Assembly: GCA_026395055.1 (NCBI GenBank)
Contig: JAPLZK010000004.1
Span: forward strand, 18,805 to 82,804
Length of the DNA stretch: 64,000 nucleotides
Reading direction: 5' to 3'
Source: Candidatus Uhrbacteria bacterium
GTDB lineage: Bacteria > Patescibacteriota > Patescibacteriia > UBA9934 > GWF2-40-263
Position 1 is the stretch's first letter, and the number at the start of each line of letters is the position of its first letter. A program made the position numbers and the translations under genes. The notes beneath the pieces are model-generated. The model was not told where the DNA came from, did no database searches, and worked only from the letters and a program-made list of their open reading frames with translations. Of this stretch, positions 63,471 to 64,000 are shown piece after piece.

Positions 63471-64000
63471 ATGTCAACGAAACTTTTTGAACATGTTACG
63501 CGTTGGGTGACGTATCTTCTCCTTTTTCTTATCCCCCTCTTTTTTCTTCCTTGGTCTCAGGATGTTTTGGAACCGAATAAACAAATGGTCCTTGTTGTTT
63601 TGACCGTCATTGGTCTTGCGTCTTGGTTTGGTGCCATGGTGACACAAAAACGTTGCGAATTTCGTTCTGGGCTTGTGAATGTTACTCCTGCTGCGTTTTT
63701 GTTGATCGTTCTTGTTTCCTCATGTATTTCAAAGGCATCGTATCAAACATGGGTTGGTCAGTCGTCTCAGGAATATGTGAGTTTTCTCACAACCGCCATT
63801 TTGGTGTGTGTGTTTTATGTGTTCGCAAATGTCCATAAAGATGTTGTTGCACAAGGTCGAGCCCTTTTTGCCTTGCTGCTTTCAGCAGCAATTGCAGGAA
63901 TATTTTCCACACTTCAGTTGTTTCATGTTTTTCTTCTTCCGTTTGCATTTACAAAATCCATCGCTTTCAATTCTGTTGGAACGTTTAACAGTCTTACGCT
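63471..64000 (+). CDS. Polytopic membrane protein (partial, continues beyond window; O-antigen ligase/polymerase-like topology?)
   Basis: Open frame from ATG 63471 to the window end with multiple TM helices. Confidence 0.4.
   Translation, partial: MSTKLFEHVTRWVTYLLLFLIPLFFLPWSQDVLEPNKQMVLVVLTVIGLASWFGAMVTQKRCEFRSGLVNVTPAAFLLIVLVSSCISKASYQTWVGQSSQEYVSFLTTAILVCVFYVFANVHKDVVAQGRALFALLLSAAIAGIFSTLQLFHVFLLPFAFTKSIAFNSVGTFNSLT

Overview
This 64-kb chromosomal fragment is most consistent with a small-genome, moderately AT-rich bacterium of the Patescibacteria/CPR type. The housekeeping genes have an archaeal or eukaryote-like flavour (a long type-2-like IleRS, an AsnRS-like paralog lacking an anticodon-binding domain, two TrmB-family regulators, an archaeal-type CMP-kinase-like NTPase) and there are no rRNA genes. 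This is a tentative placement based on gene content only.

The backbone carries ileS, ruvA, a FemAB-family gene, an M50 protease, trpS, RNase J, secG, uvrA, rplS, an RluA-family pseudouridine synthase, a CCA-adding enzyme, a WbaP/GT4 envelope-glycosylation cluster and three tRNAs: Leu-CAG, Ile-UAU and Val-GAC.

Two GC-rich islands, at about 6.5-13.9 kb and 30.3-38.0 kb, interrupt this backbone and share families of structured intergenic elements.

Island 1 carries a Ro60 (TROVE+vWA) ortholog. It is preceded by about 2.3 kb of ORF-free DNA with back-to-back, near-identical promoter-like boxes, which I read as two candidate large non-coding RNAs (Y-RNA-like or novel structured RNA). It is followed by an array of small plus-strand unknown ORFs, two of which share a CDGSC motif.

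Island 2 is an array of 17 small co-oriented minus-strand unknown ORFs. They are separated by about 105-nt conserved elements containing a covarying hairpin with an invariant TGAAGC loop, and by CGCGA..TCGCG dyads overlapping the ribosome-binding sites. This island is inserted between glycosyltransferase genes.

Several short palindromic element families are dispersed through the window. A 24-bp GCGCCTGCCTGCCGGCAGGCAGGCGC palindrome is present in five copies. A CCCCTCCTT-N3/4-AAGGAGGGG palindrome is present in three copies. A roughly 90-bp nested-hairpin GTCATTGCGAG element is present in three copies, each abutting a gene start. These include in-frame insertions into two CDS and an insertion into a degenerate tRNA-Leu 5' fragment.

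All coordinates for non-ORF features are from manual counting and may be off by 1-2 nt. Near 60.06-60.24 kb the displayed text and the ORF track disagree by 1 nt.
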